In this document: positions 45,578 through 54,308 of the stretch, piece by piece | Numbering within the stretch: the stretch's first letter is position 1 | Layout of the letters: each line of letters opens with the position of its first letter | NCBI GenBank assembly: GCA_964444825.1 | Contig: CAYUIS010000004.1 | Coordinates: 482 to 55,140, forward strand | DNA: 54,659 nucleotides | Direction: 5' to 3' | Source: an uncultured Anaerolineales bacterium | GTDB taxonomy: Bacteria; Chloroflexota; Anaerolineae; B4-G1 | The notes under the pieces: generated by a model | Database searches by the model: none | What the model was told of the DNA's origin: nothing | What the model saw: the letters and a program-made list of their open reading frames with translations, nothing else | Translations under genes and position numbers: made by a program

Positions 45578-47645
45578 TTACCTCAATCACCACATTCCCC
45601 AACCGATCGATCTCTGCCAGGTCATCCGGGTAGATCACAATGGTCGTCGTGACCTCCTCGATGATCGCCGGCCCCTCGATGCGGTTGCCTGCCTGGAGTT
45701 TGCTGCCGTCATAGACCGTGGTATCCACCCACCCGCCCTCCTCTCCAAAGTAGGCCGGGCGTTTTGCCTTGACCGCTCCGCTGGCGTCAGCGCCCCCGGT
45801 GGGCCAAGAGACCAACGGCGTCTTGGGAATCGCGCCGACGCCAGTCAGCCGGACGTTGATAGACTCTAGCGGACTCTCCGGCTCACTGTAGAGATACAGT
45901 CGCTCGTGGGCCTCGTGGAACCGTTGGGCGATCTCGGGCAGCCTCGCTGGTGTGATCTCGCCGGCAGGCACGACGACGGGCACCTCGTGGTGCTGCCCCA
46001 GGTAGCGTAGATCCATTCCCCGCTCGACCATCATCCCGTCGGCTGGGATGCCCTCGGCGTCCAGCGTGCTCCTGGCGTCAGTCTCCATCTCGTCAAAGAC
46101 ACGGTTCAGCTCAGAGAAGTCTAGCTCGTCGAGGGGGGCCCACATCGTGCGAACATAGTCGTGCTTGAGGTCGCTCTCGAGCATCCCGAGGGCACAAAAG
46201 ACGGATGCTGTCTTGGGCACGATCACACGGGGGATGCCGACGATCTCGGCGATCTTGGAACCGTGAAGCGCCCCCGCCCCGCCCGCCGCCACCAATGCAA
46301 AGTCGCGGGGGTCGTGGCCCTTCTCCACGCTGACCACCTTGGTCGCGTCGGCCATATTGGTATTGACCAGCCGGTAGATACCATACGCAGCCTCGGTGAG
46401 ATCGAGGCCCAGTGGTCCTGCAATCTCACTCCGGATCGATTCGACGGCGGATTCTTTGTTTATGGACAACTCGCCGCCCAGGTAAAAATCGGGATTGATG
46501 TAGCCCAGCACGACGTTGGCATCAGTTGTGGCAGGCTGGGTGCCGCCCTTGCCGTAACAGGCCGGCCCCGGATCTGCCCCCGCTGACTGTGGCCCCACTT
46601 TGAGCATATTTCCCTCGTCCAGGTGCGCAATGGAACCGCCGCCCGCCCCGATCGTGTGGATGTCAATCATCGGCAGCGCAACGCGGTAGCGGGCGACCTC
46701 GCCCTCGGTCGTCATCTCGTAGGCCCCATCCTTGATCAGGCTGACGTCGTAGCTGGTGCCCCCCATGTCCATCACGATCAGGTTCGGCATCTCCAATTGG
46801 GTGGCAAAGAATATCCCGCCGACCGCGCCAGCCGAAGGTCCTGAGAGCAGCGTCGCCGCGCCGTGTTCCAAGGCATAGCTGGCTGACATGATCCCGCCGT
46901 TCGACTGGGTGACGAGCACCTCCCGCTTCAGCCCTGCGCCGGCGAGCTTGTCCTGCAGGTGGTGGAGATATCGCCCCAACACCGGGCCGACGTAGGCGTT
47001 GACCGCCGTCGTGGATGTGCGCTCGTACTCGCGCACCTGGGGCAGGATCTCTGACGAGACGGAGACAAAGCACTTGGGGTGCTCCTCCAAAACGATCTCC
47101 CGGATGCGCTTCTCGTGCACCGGGTTGATGAACGAGAACAAGGTGCAAACCGCGATGGCCTGGACACCCTCGGCTTTCAACTGACGCACAGCCTGGCGTG
47201 TCTCCTCCTCGTCCAGGGGTGTGATGATCTCGCCCGCGTAGTTGAGCCGCTCCGTGACGCCCAGCCGCAGGTAGCGAGGGATGATGGGCGGCGGCGGGGT
47301 CAGCGACAGGTCCCAGATGTCCTCCTTGTGTGCTCGCCGCATCTCCAGCGCATCGCGGAACCCCTTGGTCGTGATCAGGCCAGTCTTGGCCCCTTTATAC
47401 TGCAACATCGTGTTGGTAGCTACGGTGGTACCGTGCACCAGCAACTCGACTTTGCTCAGAAACTCGCCCAATCCCAGGCCGAACTCGGCGGCGGCCTTTT
47501 TCAGGCAATCGAACATCCCGATCGAAGAGTCAGCCGGCGTGGAGGGTGATTTGAAGATGTGCATCTCCCCTCCGCTGGTGATGACCACCGCATCCGTAAA
47601 CGTGCCGCCGATGTCTATGCCTACTCGGTACGTTATATCGTTCAT
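45561..47645 (-). CDS. Hydantoinase A / oxoprolinase-family (ATP-binding) subunit
   Basis: GIDIGGTFTD, HGTTVATN, REYERTSTT, SGP, DMGGTS, GAGGGS, GPQSAGADPGPACYG; ATG 47645 after GGAGGAG. Confidence 0.93.
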   Translation of the reverse strand: MNDITYRVGIDIGGTFTDAVVITSGGEMHIFKSPSTPADSSIGMFDCLKKAAAEFGLGLGEFLSKVELLVHGTTVATNTMLQYKGAKTGLITTKGFRDALEMRRAHKEDIWDLSLTPPPPIIPRYLRLGVTERLNYAGEIITPLDEEETRQAVRQLKAEGVQAIAVCTLFSFINPVHEKRIREIVLEEHPKCFVSVSSEILPQVREYERTSTTAVNAYVGPVLGRYLHHLQDKLAGAGLKREVLVTQSNGGIMSASYALEHGAATLLSGPSAGAVGGIFFATQLEMPNLIVMDMGGTSYDVSLIKDGAYEMTTEGEVARYRVALPMIDIHTIGAGGGSIAHLDEGNMLKVGPQSAGADPGPACYGKGGTQPATTDANVVLGYINPDFYLGGELSINKESAVESIRSEIAGPLGLDLTEAAYGIYRLVNTNMADATKVVSVEKGHDPRDFALVAAGGAGALHGSKIAEIVGIPRVIVPKTASVFCALGMLESDLKHDYVRTMWAPLDELDFSELNRVFDEMETDARSTLDAEGIPADGMMVERGMDLRYLGQHHEVPVVVPAGEITPARLPEIAQRFHEAHERLYLYSEPESPLESINVRLTGVGAIPKTPLVSWPTGGADASGAVKAKRPAYFGEEGGWVDTTVYDGSKLQAGNRIEGPAIIEEVTTTIVIYPDDLAEIDRLGNVVIEVNGKNE

Positions 47646-47659
47646 AGGTACTCCTCCCG

Positions 47660-47731
47660 AGAAACCAGGTTTTTCTGTAAGCAACGCGGCAAAACCTGGT
47701 TTCTTAAGCAACGCGACAAAACCTGGTTTCT
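47660..47731. repeat. AGAAACCAGG palindromic repeat, copy 5, with a tandemly duplicated right half
   Basis: Full element at 47660-47704 followed by a second TAAGCAACGCGACAAAACCTGGTTTCT. Confidence 0.88.
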
Positions 47732-47736
47732 TTCCG

Positions 47737-49077
47737 CTAGATCGCTCCTGCGCGTTTCCAGAGCGCCGTCGTCTCCTCGACCACCTTGCGGTGAATCTCC
47801 TCCTCGTCCACGTTGACCAGCTTGCCATCCTGGACAACCACCTCGCCATCCACCAGGACCGTCTCCACATCCGCGCCGTCCACGTCGTTGATGAGCGTAT
47901 CGTAGAACAACTGTGGGAGGAGTGGCGAGGGTTGGCTTGGGTTGATGATGATCACGTCCGCCTTTTTGCCGACCTCCAGCGAGCCGATCTCTTGCTCCAT
48001 TTGGAGTGATTTGGCGGCGTTGGTCGTCGCCAGGTCAATTGCCTGGAAGGGTGGGATGAGCATGGGGTTGTGGTGATGGACCTTGTGCAGCAGGTAGGCC
48101 ATACGGACGTACTGGAAAATGTCGAGGGTAAAGAAACAATCGTGGCCCAGGCTGACCGTGATGCCCTCGTTCAACATATCCACCACCGGCGCGACTCCGC
48201 TGCCGCCCAGCATGTTGCTCATCGGCGTGTGTGAGACCTTGACGTCGTGCTCTTTCCAGATCGCGATCTCTTCCTCCGTCATATGGATACAGTGGACGGC
48301 CAGCACATCGGGGCCGAGGAATCCGGTATCGCGCAGCACGACCGGGGCGGTGCGCCCAAACTTTTCCACCACCATCGGCGGCGGGACTTCGGCGACGTGG
48401 ATCACCAGCCCGGCCCCCAGGTCGGTGGCGATACCGCGCACCTGGCGCAACATCTCCTCGGAGGCGGTGAAGGCGGTGTGAACGCCGATGCGCCCCGTGA
48501 TGCGACTGTCGGGCGCGTCTCGCCACTTTTTGAAAAAGCGCACGTTCTCATTGATCCCTGCCTCGGCGTTCTCCTTGTCGATACGCTCTGTCGACTCGTA
48601 GCAGATGACGGCGCGGCTGCCAAGCTCTCCGATGGCCTCGGCGGTCTTGTCCAGGCATCCGTCCACGACGCTGGCCGCCTCGACCATGTCGCACACGGTC
48701 GTGGTGCCGGTCTTGAGCATCTTGCCCGCGGCCCAGAGCGTCGTCCAGTAGATGCCCTCGAGGGTCGTCTGCTCCTCGATGTCGGGCCACCACCACTTGG
48801 TCAGCAGGTCCATAAACGACTGGAACTTTGAAAAGTCCACCGGCATATTGTGCCCCACGACGCTGGGCATGTGGGTGTGGGTGCAGATAAAACCCGGTGC
48901 GACGATCTTGCCGGTAGCGTCTATGACGGTGGGAGCGGTGTGAGCCGCCTCCACCTCGTCCCGCGGGCCGACGGCCACGATACGATTTCCCTCGATAACC
49001 ACCGCGCCATCGGCAAAGACACGGCGGTCAGTGTCTTGCGTTCCTACCAATCCTCCTGCGATAAGTATGTCTGCCAT
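47737..49077 (-). CDS. Metal-dependent amidohydrolase (SsnA/MtaD/deaminase-like), copy 2
   Basis: CTHTH, IHVAE, AVHC, LGHD; paralog of 25439-26764 (shared WWPxxE and ExTxR segments). Confidence 0.88.
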   Translation of the reverse strand: MADILIAGGLVGTQDTDRRVFADGAVVIEGNRIVAVGPRDEVEAAHTAPTVIDATGKIVAPGFICTHTHMPSVVGHNMPVDFSKFQSFMDLLTKWWWPDIEEQTTLEGIYWTTLWAAGKMLKTGTTTVCDMVEAASVVDGCLDKTAEAIGELGSRAVICYESTERIDKENAEAGINENVRFFKKWRDAPDSRITGRIGVHTAFTASEEMLRQVRGIATDLGAGLVIHVAEVPPPMVVEKFGRTAPVVLRDTGFLGPDVLAVHCIHMTEEEIAIWKEHDVKVSHTPMSNMLGGSGVAPVVDMLNEGITVSLGHDCFFTLDIFQYVRMAYLLHKVHHHNPMLIPPFQAIDLATTNAAKSLQMEQEIGSLEVGKKADVIIINPSQPSPLLPQLFYDTLINDVDGADVETVLVDGEVVVQDGKLVNVDEEEIHRKVVEETTALWKRAGAI

Positions 49078-49117
49078 TCGGTAACCTCCTTTTGTGTTTC
49101 GCGTTCAACGGCTGGGA

Positions 49118-49752
49118 GTTGGACGGCGCATTACTAACCGCACCAACTGCGCCTAGTCACCTCATCTGTTGTGTATTTCACATTCACTGCCTTCAAGTCG
49201 TCTTTGAAGATGCAAAGCACATCCTCAATCTCATGCGGTTCAAGTTGACCAAGTTCTGGAGGTAACTCCGACATTTCGAGTGTCCGGGCTTTACTCTCAA
49301 AGCCTAAGGCTCGCGCACCTTTCCGTGTTCCTGCATGGAGGTATACCTTTGTCGGTAGCAAACCCAGCTTTGCGCCGATACGCAGACTGGTATCATAAAT
49401 GTAGAGTTCGCCAATACCGGTGATTCCCCCAACTCTTGTCTCGACCAGCGAAAACAGATCATCGAAACTCTTGGACTGCGCGATTGCTTTTGAATTCATC
49501 AACAGAACCCGACGCGCTTCTTCGAGAGCAGTCTTTTTGAGCCTATACTGATGCGAGTATCTCTTACCCTCGCTGTTGGTGGCAAGTGCCGCCTGTTCGA
49601 TAGCCGACTCCAGCGAGGGTTGCTGCCGAAACCAATCTAATTCAGTCTGAGCTCGAGGCCGAATATCACGGACGTAGATGTGAGCAATGGCTTTCAAGTT
49701 CATATTTGATTCTCCGGTATTATGATTGAGTCAGCAGCAAGCGTCGTCCAAC
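49118..49752 (-). mobile_element. Integron gene-cassette-like insertion (orphan, attC incomplete)
   Basis: Low-GC gene bounded by 11/12 inverted repeats that read GTTGGAC (GTTRRRY) upstream and GTCCAAC (RYYYAAC) just after the stop. Confidence 0.5.
49134..49703 (-). CDS. Hypothetical protein, possibly with a helix-hairpin-helix fold
   Basis: 189 aa; RBS GGAG; ITGIGEL and EIEDVLCIFK motifs; composition differs from its neighbours. Confidence 0.75.
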   Translation of the reverse strand: MNLKAIAHIYVRDIRPRAQTELDWFRQQPSLESAIEQAALATNSEGKRYSHQYRLKKTALEEARRVLLMNSKAIAQSKSFDDLFSLVETRVGGITGIGELYIYDTSLRIGAKLGLLPTKVYLHAGTRKGARALGFESKARTLEMSELPPELGQLEPHEIEDVLCIFKDDLKAVNVKYTTDEVTRRSWCG

Positions 49753-49844
49753 CAGTTATTAGTGACTCCAGTACACCTACGACACCCTTCTTTCAGACGG
49801 CAACTGTCCACGCCAGTTGCTTGGGAGGCCGCGATTTCTCCGTC

Positions 49845-51026
49845 TCAATCAAAGTACGCAAACCGAATCGCCTGCACCGGGCAGCTATCCCGGCATAGAC
49901 CACAGCCATAACACCGGTCCGCGTCCGCGTGAGCCAGTTTGTCGTCGCCCACGTGGATCGCGTCGTAGACACAGGAAACCTCACACCGCTTGCAGCCGGT
50001 GCAGCGATCGAGGTCAATAATGGGCATCTGAGGCGTGGTGATGGCGACCAGTCCCCGCTCGCGCCGCGCCTCGATTCTGCGCAACGCCAGCCCGACGAAA
50101 TCGCTCACGTCGCTGTAGCCGTGATCGGCGACCCAGCGTTCAATGTCCGCGATGATCTTGCTGAACGTGCGCGCGCCTTTCAAATGGCCTGCGGTCACCA
50201 CGCCGACAAAGCTAGCGCCGGCCATAAAGTACTCGATGGCGTCCTCGGCGCGGGAGATGCCACCCACGCCGATAAGGGGAATAGAGACGTGTTGCGCCAT
50301 CTCCAGGATCATACGTAGCGCGATAGGCTTGAGCGCTGGACCAGTCAGGCCGCCCGCCCCCCGAGGCCCGCCGAGCGAAGGCTCGCCGCTTTCGATGTCG
50401 ATCTTGATGGCGGGACCAAATGCATCGGCGCAGGCGATTGCATCGGCGCCCGCCTCCTCGACCGCGGTAGCCCACTCGACGACGTTGGCGTGGAAGAGCG
50501 AGCTGAACTTGGCGATGACGGGCACGTCCACCGCCGCTTTCACGGCCTGCACGTTCGCCACATAGGGTGCGACGTCGTGCACCTCCGGCGGGGGCATCGT
50601 CATGCCGGGGAACATTGCCTCCAGGATCTCGCCCATGTGCGGGCAGACGGTGGGCATCTCGATCATGTCGGCCCCGGCAGCGACGGCGCGCTTGGCCAGG
50701 TCAGCGCCTTCGCCAGGGCTCAGCCCTGCCAATGAGGCGATGATGGGGATCCCTGCCTCTCGGGCGCGAGGCAACTCTCGCTCGAACCACTGCTCTGCCG
50801 GTAGCGTCGTGCCGAACACACAGTTGAGAAAGCCTCCCTCGACTCCGGCGAAACAGGGCCGCACGTCCTCCACCGCCTGCGCGACGATGGTCTTGGTGGT
50901 GATGGCAGCAACCCCTTCACCGCTGGTGCGGACGATGATGTCACCATCGGCGCCGTGGCAGCCGGCCGCCACGATGACCCGGTTGCGCATCGGAACGCCG
51001 GCGAGGGTCAGATTGGCATCTTGCAT
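49845..51026 (-). CDS. DHODH/PreA-like FMN protein with C-terminal 2x[4Fe-4S], copy 2
   Basis: ITTKT, VCPH, GGLTGPALKPIALR, GVGGI, CTGCKRC...CYGCGLCRDSCP. Confidence 0.87.
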   Translation of the reverse strand: MQDANLTLAGVPMRNRVIVAAGCHGADGDIIVRTSGEGVAAITTKTIVAQAVEDVRPCFAGVEGGFLNCVFGTTLPAEQWFERELPRAREAGIPIIASLAGLSPGEGADLAKRAVAAGADMIEMPTVCPHMGEILEAMFPGMTMPPPEVHDVAPYVANVQAVKAAVDVPVIAKFSSLFHANVVEWATAVEEAGADAIACADAFGPAIKIDIESGEPSLGGPRGAGGLTGPALKPIALRMILEMAQHVSIPLIGVGGISRAEDAIEYFMAGASFVGVVTAGHLKGARTFSKIIADIERWVADHGYSDVSDFVGLALRRIEARRERGLVAITTPQMPIIDLDRCTGCKRCEVSCVYDAIHVGDDKLAHADADRCYGCGLCRDSCPVQAIRFAYFD

Positions 51027-51047
51027 AGTTTTTGCTCCTGGCCGTGG

Positions 51048-51092
51048 AGAAACCAGGTTTTGTCGCGTTGCTTACACAAAAACCTGGTTTCT
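51048..51092. repeat. AGAAACCAGG palindromic repeat, copy 6
   Basis: 45 bp, nearly identical to copy 2. Confidence 0.9.
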
Positions 51093-51095
51093 TGG

Positions 51096-52097
51096 CTATG
51101 CTCCCAACAGCAGTGCCAGAACCGCTTTTTGCACGTGCAGCCGGTTCTCGGCCTCATCCTGGATGACCGACTGGGGACCATAGATGACGTCTGCGGTCAC
51201 CTCGTGGCCCACGGCGGCCGGCATACAGTGCATAAACTTGGCACTGGGCTTGGCGAGCGACATGATCTCGTCGTCCACGATCCACTTTTTGAACGGTTCA
51301 GGGTTCTGATTGTGTGGGACCGGGGCCTGCCAGTCGTATTCCGGGCCGGCGCGAAAGTCGGCTGGCATCACGTAGCTGTAGGCATTGACAAAGTCCGCGT
51401 CCTTGGCTGCCTTTTTCATGTCGTGGACGATCTCAATATCGGCGCCGCCTTCGCTGGCAAAACCTTTGGCCCGCTCAACAATGTCCTGCGGTGGGGTGTA
51501 CTCTTCCGGGCAGGCCAGCACAAACTGCATATTGGGGATGCGCGAGGCCAGGTAGAGGCTGGATGTGACCAGCCCCAGCGGCGGGTTGTACTCGTGATAG
51601 GCCCAGGTCAACACGTACTTAGTGTTATCAAAGCTTCCCTTCTTTTCCAGCGCGGTCTGAAAGTCGGCCAGCGCCTGGAAGGGATGCTCGAAATCGGTGG
51701 AGGCGTTGAGCACAGGGATCTCGGCGATGCCTGCCGCCTCCTCCAGCGTGGATTGGGCCAGCAGGCGGGCGATGATGACGTCAAAGTAACGATCCATCAC
51801 GCGGACGGTATCGCCCCAACTCTCCACGCCCGAATCAGACCAAATCTTGCCGCCGCTCAGATCCTGTGCGGCACCGCCAAGTTGGTGCATCGCCCGCCAG
51901 AAAGACATCCGGGTCCGGGACGACGGTGTCTCATAGATCATCGCCGCCGCCTTGCCACGCAAGATGTCGTCCTGGTGCTGCCCCCGAGAGACTCCCCGCT
52001 TCAGTTCCAGCGAAGTCTGGAGAATCAGTTCGATCTCTTCCAGAGAAAAGTCAGCCAGCGAGAGAACGTCACGGCCTTTAAGACCCAAAGCGCCCAT
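51096..52097 (-). CDS. Ornithine carbamoyltransferase-superfamily transcarbamylase (AOTCase/YgeW-like)
   Basis: SSRT, HPFQALAD, YVLTWAYH, FMHCMP, EAENRLHVQKA; lacks the DxxxSMG ornithine motif. Confidence 0.88.
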   Translation of the reverse strand: MGALGLKGRDVLSLADFSLEEIELILQTSLELKRGVSRGQHQDDILRGKAAAMIYETPSSRTRMSFWRAMHQLGGAAQDLSGGKIWSDSGVESWGDTVRVMDRYFDVIIARLLAQSTLEEAAGIAEIPVLNASTDFEHPFQALADFQTALEKKGSFDNTKYVLTWAYHEYNPPLGLVTSSLYLASRIPNMQFVLACPEEYTPPQDIVERAKGFASEGGADIEIVHDMKKAAKDADFVNAYSYVMPADFRAGPEYDWQAPVPHNQNPEPFKKWIVDDEIMSLAKPSAKFMHCMPAAVGHEVTADVIYGPQSVIQDEAENRLHVQKAVLALLLGA

Positions 52098-52179
52098 TTT
52101 TAGCTCCTTTCTAATGTGTATTGTCTGTCACGTGATGTGCGATTTGATATTTGGGGTTTGTCATTATGTCAGTGTTTAT

Positions 52180-52467
52180 TCATCCACCAGCCATTGGCGG
52201 CACAAAGACCACCACGTCGCCTTCGGATAGGGAGCGGTCAAGGTCAGTTGGCCCACGCGGATGGGCGCGGTTGACCAGCATCAATGCCAGTGGACCTGTG
52301 CCCGTTTCGAGTGGCGTCACCACTTGCTCAACGAACGGTGCGGGTAGCAGCTCACGCAGGACGTCCAGCAAGTCACGCAACGTGGCTCTGTCGGTCAGCG
52401 ACAGCTTCAGGCTCTGATGACCAGCCAGCGTACGCAACGGTCCGGAGAACCGGACGGTGATCTGCAT
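52180..52467 (-). CDS. MoaD/ThiS-family protein, copy 2
   Basis: MQITVRFSGPLR...LSEGDVVVFVPPMAGG; ATG 52467 directly after the AOR stop. Confidence 0.9.
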   Translation of the reverse strand: MQITVRFSGPLRTLAGHQSLKLSLTDRATLRDLLDVLRELLPAPFVEQVVTPLETGTGPLALMLVNRAHPRGPTDLDRSLSEGDVVVFVPPMAGG

Positions 52468-52468
52468 A

Positions 52469-54298
52469 TCACGCGTGGAGTCCGAGTGCCGCCAGACGCT
52501 CGGGCGTGGGATGGCCTCGTTCGTCCCACCCGCGTGTCTCGTAATAGTCCCGCAGCAGCCTCGCAAAGTCCTCCCGCGTGAGCGGTTTGGCGTCCTCTGG
52601 AAAGTCCCCTGGCACCTCAAAGCAGATATCGGGCAGCCGATCCTCGCTTCCGTCAATCCCGGCCGCGAGGTTGTACAGCCGCTCCAGGTTCCAGATACCT
52701 TCGCCCAGCCGCATGAGCTGCTCCTCGGTGTAGCTCAAGCCGCTGGCGGTGTTTAGCAACGCCAGGAACTGTTCCATCGGCAGGGTGAACTCGGCAAACC
52801 GGCACGCGATGAGGCAAAAGATCGCGTTTACCTTGTTCTGAATCTCTGCCACCAGCGCCGCACGTCCCTCAAGACCGTCCATCGGTATCACGTCCATAAG
52901 CTCCATCCCGATGGGAGCACGTTTGTGGCACGCACCCCGGTTGGAAGTAGCAAAAGTGACGGCGATGCCGCGCATTCGTTCCGGCATCCAGGCGGCAAAC
53001 TCCATACCTTTGACCTGCAAGGCAAAAGCCTCTGAACCCTGCCCGATCGTCTGCGAGGCGCGCCGGACGCCTTCAGCCAGCATATCGCCCAGGCCCTTCC
53101 GTTGGCCGATCATGTCTATCAACTTGATCGTGGCGTCGGCGTTGCCGAACTCTAGCGGCACGTCCCCCCCCAGCGCGTCTCGCGGCAGTATGCCCCGTTC
53201 AGCGCACTCCATTGCAAAGGCGACACAAACCCCCAGGGAGAGCGTGTCCATACCATACTGTTCAGCCTGATTGTTGGCTTTGAGCAGCATCTCGGGATCG
53301 TCGTTAAAACACAAGGAGCCCAGCGAGTACATCGTCTCGTATTCGGGGCCTCGGGTCCAGATCTCACCCCACCTGGTTTTCACCGGCTTGTGCAGCATAC
53401 CGCAGTGTACCTGACAGCCCATACAGGCGATGGCACGGGTGGGGAAGCTGTCGACAAAGGCTTGCCCTCCGATCTCCTCCGCCTTCTCAAAGTGGGTCTG
53501 CCGGTGATATCGCGTCGCCAGGGCGTGTTTTTCGTTGACCAGCCCTATCGAGCCTCCCGTGCCAGTCCGCCCAAAAATGCCCAGTAGACTCCACGGATCA
53601 GATACATCCTCACGGAAGGTCTGGTAGGCCGCGTCCACAGCCGCTCCAAAAGCCTCTGGATCGCCCACCCTTACATCGCCGATACCGGCTACCCCCACCA
53701 CCTTGAGGTTCTTGGAGCCGAATACCGCGCCCGCCCCACCTCGTCCAAAGGCCCGGGTCTCGGAGATCACGGAGGCGTACCGTATCCTATTCTCACCAGC
53801 CTGTCCGATGGCCAGGGTATGCAGATCATCTCGTCCGGAGGCGGCCTTTACCGCTTCCTCTGCGTCTCGAGCGGGTTCCCCTGCCAGCTTGGGGCAATCC
53901 ACGATCTGTGCCCCATCGGGCGTAACCAGGAGGTAGACCAGTTGGTCCGCCTTACCCTCGATGGCGATGACGTCATACCCGGTGGCTTTGATAGCGCCTC
54001 CCATATGACCGCCTGCGTACGTGTTGATAATGCCTCCGGTGAGGGGAGATTTGGTGATGATGGCGGTCTGCGCAAACAGGGGGGCCAGCGTGCCGGTGAG
54101 CGGGCCTACGCAGATATAGATCTTGTTTTCTGGACCCAGCGGATCCGCGGTGGGGGCCACCTCGTCGCAAAAGAGCTTGGTGCCAAACCCCATCCCGCCG
54201 ACCCAACGCTCGATGAAGGCGTCTCGCAACGGCTCTTCGGTTACCGTGCGCGTGCTCAAGTTGATCCGTAGCAGCTTTTTCCCATAACACTCAAACAT
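52469..54298 (-). CDS. Aldehyde:ferredoxin oxidoreductase-family catalytic subunit 3
   Basis: TKSPLTG, GRGGAGAVFGSKNLK, CMGCQVHC, PEYET, YGMDT, RGACH; ATG 54298 after AGGGAG. Confidence 0.93.
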   Translation of the reverse strand: MFECYGKKLLRINLSTRTVTEEPLRDAFIERWVGGMGFGTKLFCDEVAPTADPLGPENKIYICVGPLTGTLAPLFAQTAIITKSPLTGGIINTYAGGHMGGAIKATGYDVIAIEGKADQLVYLLVTPDGAQIVDCPKLAGEPARDAEEAVKAASGRDDLHTLAIGQAGENRIRYASVISETRAFGRGGAGAVFGSKNLKVVGVAGIGDVRVGDPEAFGAAVDAAYQTFREDVSDPWSLLGIFGRTGTGGSIGLVNEKHALATRYHRQTHFEKAEEIGGQAFVDSFPTRAIACMGCQVHCGMLHKPVKTRWGEIWTRGPEYETMYSLGSLCFNDDPEMLLKANNQAEQYGMDTLSLGVCVAFAMECAERGILPRDALGGDVPLEFGNADATIKLIDMIGQRKGLGDMLAEGVRRASQTIGQGSEAFALQVKGMEFAAWMPERMRGIAVTFATSNRGACHKRAPIGMELMDVIPMDGLEGRAALVAEIQNKVNAIFCLIACRFAEFTLPMEQFLALLNTASGLSYTEEQLMRLGEGIWNLERLYNLAAGIDGSEDRLPDICFEVPGDFPEDAKPLTREDFARLLRDYYETRGWDERGHPTPERLAALGLHA

Positions 54299-54308
54299 CG
54301 CCCACTCC

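Noticed and set aside
47646-47870. Long N-terminal extensions with KPGF repeats on hydantoinase A (also on the opine dehydrogenase and kinase ORFs)
   Set aside because: Read-through of the palindromic repeat; family homology starts at downstream ATGs, with clear SD sites for hydantoinase A and the opine dehydrogenase.
36578-51092. AGAAACCAGG repeats as a possible CRISPR array
   Set aside because: The copies are kilobases apart, in both orientations, with no regular spacers and no cas genes.
51096-52097. Calling the transcarbamylase argF and the flavoproteins pyrD/preA
   Set aside because: Substrate-specificity motifs are altered and the context is catabolic, so gene symbols were withheld.
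52098-52179. AT-rich spacer with a possible internal promoter (CTGACA-N17-TATCAA on the minus strand) or Moco/Tuco riboswitch
   Set aside because: The promoter match is weak, and the spacer is too short and unstructured for a riboswitch.
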